From NCBI GenBank assembly GCA_943359325.1, contig CALRHD010000002.1, positions 4,629 through 68,628 on the forward strand: a DNA stretch of 64,000 bases, in the 5' to 3' direction. The position numbers were made by a program, and so were the translations under genes. Positions 62,779 through 64,000 of the stretch are shown here, in pieces. How positions within the stretch are numbered: the first letter of the stretch is position 1; each line of letters starts with the position of its first letter. This DNA is from Candidatus Uhrbacteria bacterium. Its GTDB lineage: Bacteria; Patescibacteriota; Patescibacteriia; UBA9934. Under the pieces are notes generated by a model that searched no databases, was not told the DNA's origin, and worked only from the letters and a program-made list of their open reading frames with translations.

Positions 62779-63024
62779 TTAATCCGTATAGATCTCCACC
62801 AGTCTCCATTCGAGTGTCTCGGTGTCGAAGCGTAGCTTCATGAAATTAGTTTTGTCGGACACGGAGAAGTAAAAAATGCGTTTTGCACCTTCAAGAGCGC
62901 CGTGCACCAAATTGACGCATTGCAATGGGTACCGACGGTTACTCCACCGTACTTCGCGAGGGCGAATACGGTGGCCAAAGAAATCCACCGTCACCTCGAT
63001 GGGGTCGTTCATGTAGGTATGCAT
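62779..63024 (-). CDS. Small beta-strand protein (DUF6504-like) in the lexA-dinB cassette
   Basis: P..V.W..RRY...F.V.......L.FD.....W.L pattern; between lexA and dinB. Confidence 0.7.
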   Translation of the reverse strand: MHTYMNDPIEVTVDFFGHRIRPREVRWSNRRYPLQCVNLVHGALEGAKRIFYFSVSDKTNFMKLRFDTETLEWRLVEIYTD

Positions 63025-63205
63025 AAGTGTAAAAAATGTATTTTTATGTATGCAATAGTCCCCTCAATTTTTGCCTCATCATGCGTCGATTGAAGAGCAG
63101 ACGGAACGTCGAACGGAGGTTTTGATTGCGACGCGCAGAAGCAAGAGTGCGATAACCGAGCGTCACATTGTAGTGACGAGCAATGAGTGATGTCATATTT
63201 CGTAG

Positions 63206-63826
63206 TTAAAATTTTCTTATTACTGCGCGGACGATGCCCTGAATGTTTATGTCGCCTTTAATAATGATAGGTTTCATGGTGCTGTTTGCAGGCTGGAGGC
63301 GAATGTGATTTTTTTCGCGGTAGAAACGTTTGAGTGTTGCATAAGCGTTGTCGAGGAGCGCGACAACGATGTCGCCGTTTTTGGGAGAATGTTTGCGTTC
63401 AACGACGACCATGTCGCCGTCAAAGATGCCATCTTCGATCATGGATCTGCCCTTGACTTTAAGTACGTACGAATTCATGGCGTCGACCACATAATTTGCA
63501 GGAACGGCGATGGCTTCGTTTTCTTCGATTGCTTCGATGGGCTCGCCTGCGGTGATGAGTCCTGCAAGCGGGAGCATGATGGCAAGCGGCGACAGCGGTT
63601 CAGTTTCGACGACCTCGATGCTGCGTGCGCTGCCGTTCTCGCCCGTATTGATAATGCCCTTTTCACACAGCGCCTTAATGTGTTGGTGAACCGTTGCGGG
63701 CGAACACAGCCCGAGTTCTTTTGCGATTTCGCGGTACGACGGAGTGTACCCATTTGCGCGAACAAATGTTGCCACGCAGTCGAGCACCTGACGTTGTTTT
63801 TTCGTAAGGGGAGGAAGCGGACTCAT
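63206..63826 (-). CDS. lexA: SOS repressor LexA
   Basis: LTKKQ..PSYREI wHTH, Ala-Gly cleavage site (ITAGEP), catalytic Ser (GRSM) and Lys (TLKRF). Confidence 0.96.
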   Translation of the reverse strand: MSPLPPLTKKQRQVLDCVATFVRANGYTPSYREIAKELGLCSPATVHQHIKALCEKGIINTGENGSARSIEVVETEPLSPLAIMLPLAGLITAGEPIEAIEENEAIAVPANYVVDAMNSYVLKVKGRSMIEDGIFDGDMVVVERKHSPKNGDIVVALLDNAYATLKRFYREKNHIRLQPANSTMKPIIIKGDINIQGIVRAVIRKF

Positions 63827-63832
63827 ATGTAC

Positions 63833-63874
63833 GTTCGTTATCTGTTCGTATTATCTCGCGAACAAAAACCGAAC
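63833..63874. promoter_or_regulatory. Two putative LexA operators, GTTCG-N6-GTTCG direct repeats in opposite orientation
   Basis: GTTCG-TTATCT-GTTCG (63833-63848) and CGAAC-AAAAAC-CGAAC (63859-63874) just upstream of lexA. Confidence 0.75.
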
Positions 63875-63886
63875 GCAAGAGCAAGG

Positions 63887-63926
63887 TGGGGATAAGTATG
63901 TCCACGACTGAGTCGTGGACATACTT
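63887..63926 (+). repeat. REP family 1, copy 7 (16-bp perfect stem), upstream of lexA
   Basis: TGGGGAT-AAGTATGTCCACGACT-G-AGTCGTGGACATACTT. Confidence 0.88.
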
Positions 63927-64000
63927 GCACAAGAGATTCTTCGTCGCGTAGAGTAGGGGCACAAACATAAAAGCTGTATGCTAAAAATCGTCGAAGCGCC

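Overview
Gene-dense, genetic-code-11 bacterial chromosome segment. Its gene content (baseplate-J-like membrane protein, pilin-like fusions, double-domain ThyX, mostly SD-less starts, RAYT) points to a Patescibacteria/CPR genome; this is an inference, not a database result. Housekeeping genes include recG, radA, clpC, rseP, pheS/pheT, dnaE, thrS, miaA, gatB, thyX/dcd/DHFR-like, rplA/rplK/nusG/secE, an ABC-2 exporter, gyrB, rodA, rplY, prmC/prfA/rpmE, queA, rpsB/tsf, gap/pgk/eno and lexA/dinB, plus the 5' end of a tRNA-Ser at the left edge. The most notable non-gene structure is a set of dispersed palindromic elements. (1) A REP-associated tyrosine transposase (RAYT) is flanked by a 23-bp hairpin that recurs 7 times. 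Six copies are preceded by a perfect or 1-mismatch DnaA box on the same side, and most lie beside DNA replication/repair/nucleotide genes. (2) A second ~135-nt rod-like element occurs 4 times with a near-invariant core and covarying outer stems; similar outer arms enclose a different hairpin cargo at 22.1 kb. Also notable: a probable remote DGR target gene with an adenine-depleted variable region, a pilin-M15 peptidase fusion coupled to DsbA, a DoxX/NDH-2 pair inside the gap-pgk operon, a lexA-small protein-dinB cassette with direct-repeat boxes, and many apparently near-leaderless promoters. No CRISPR array, rRNA or reverse transcriptase is visible.
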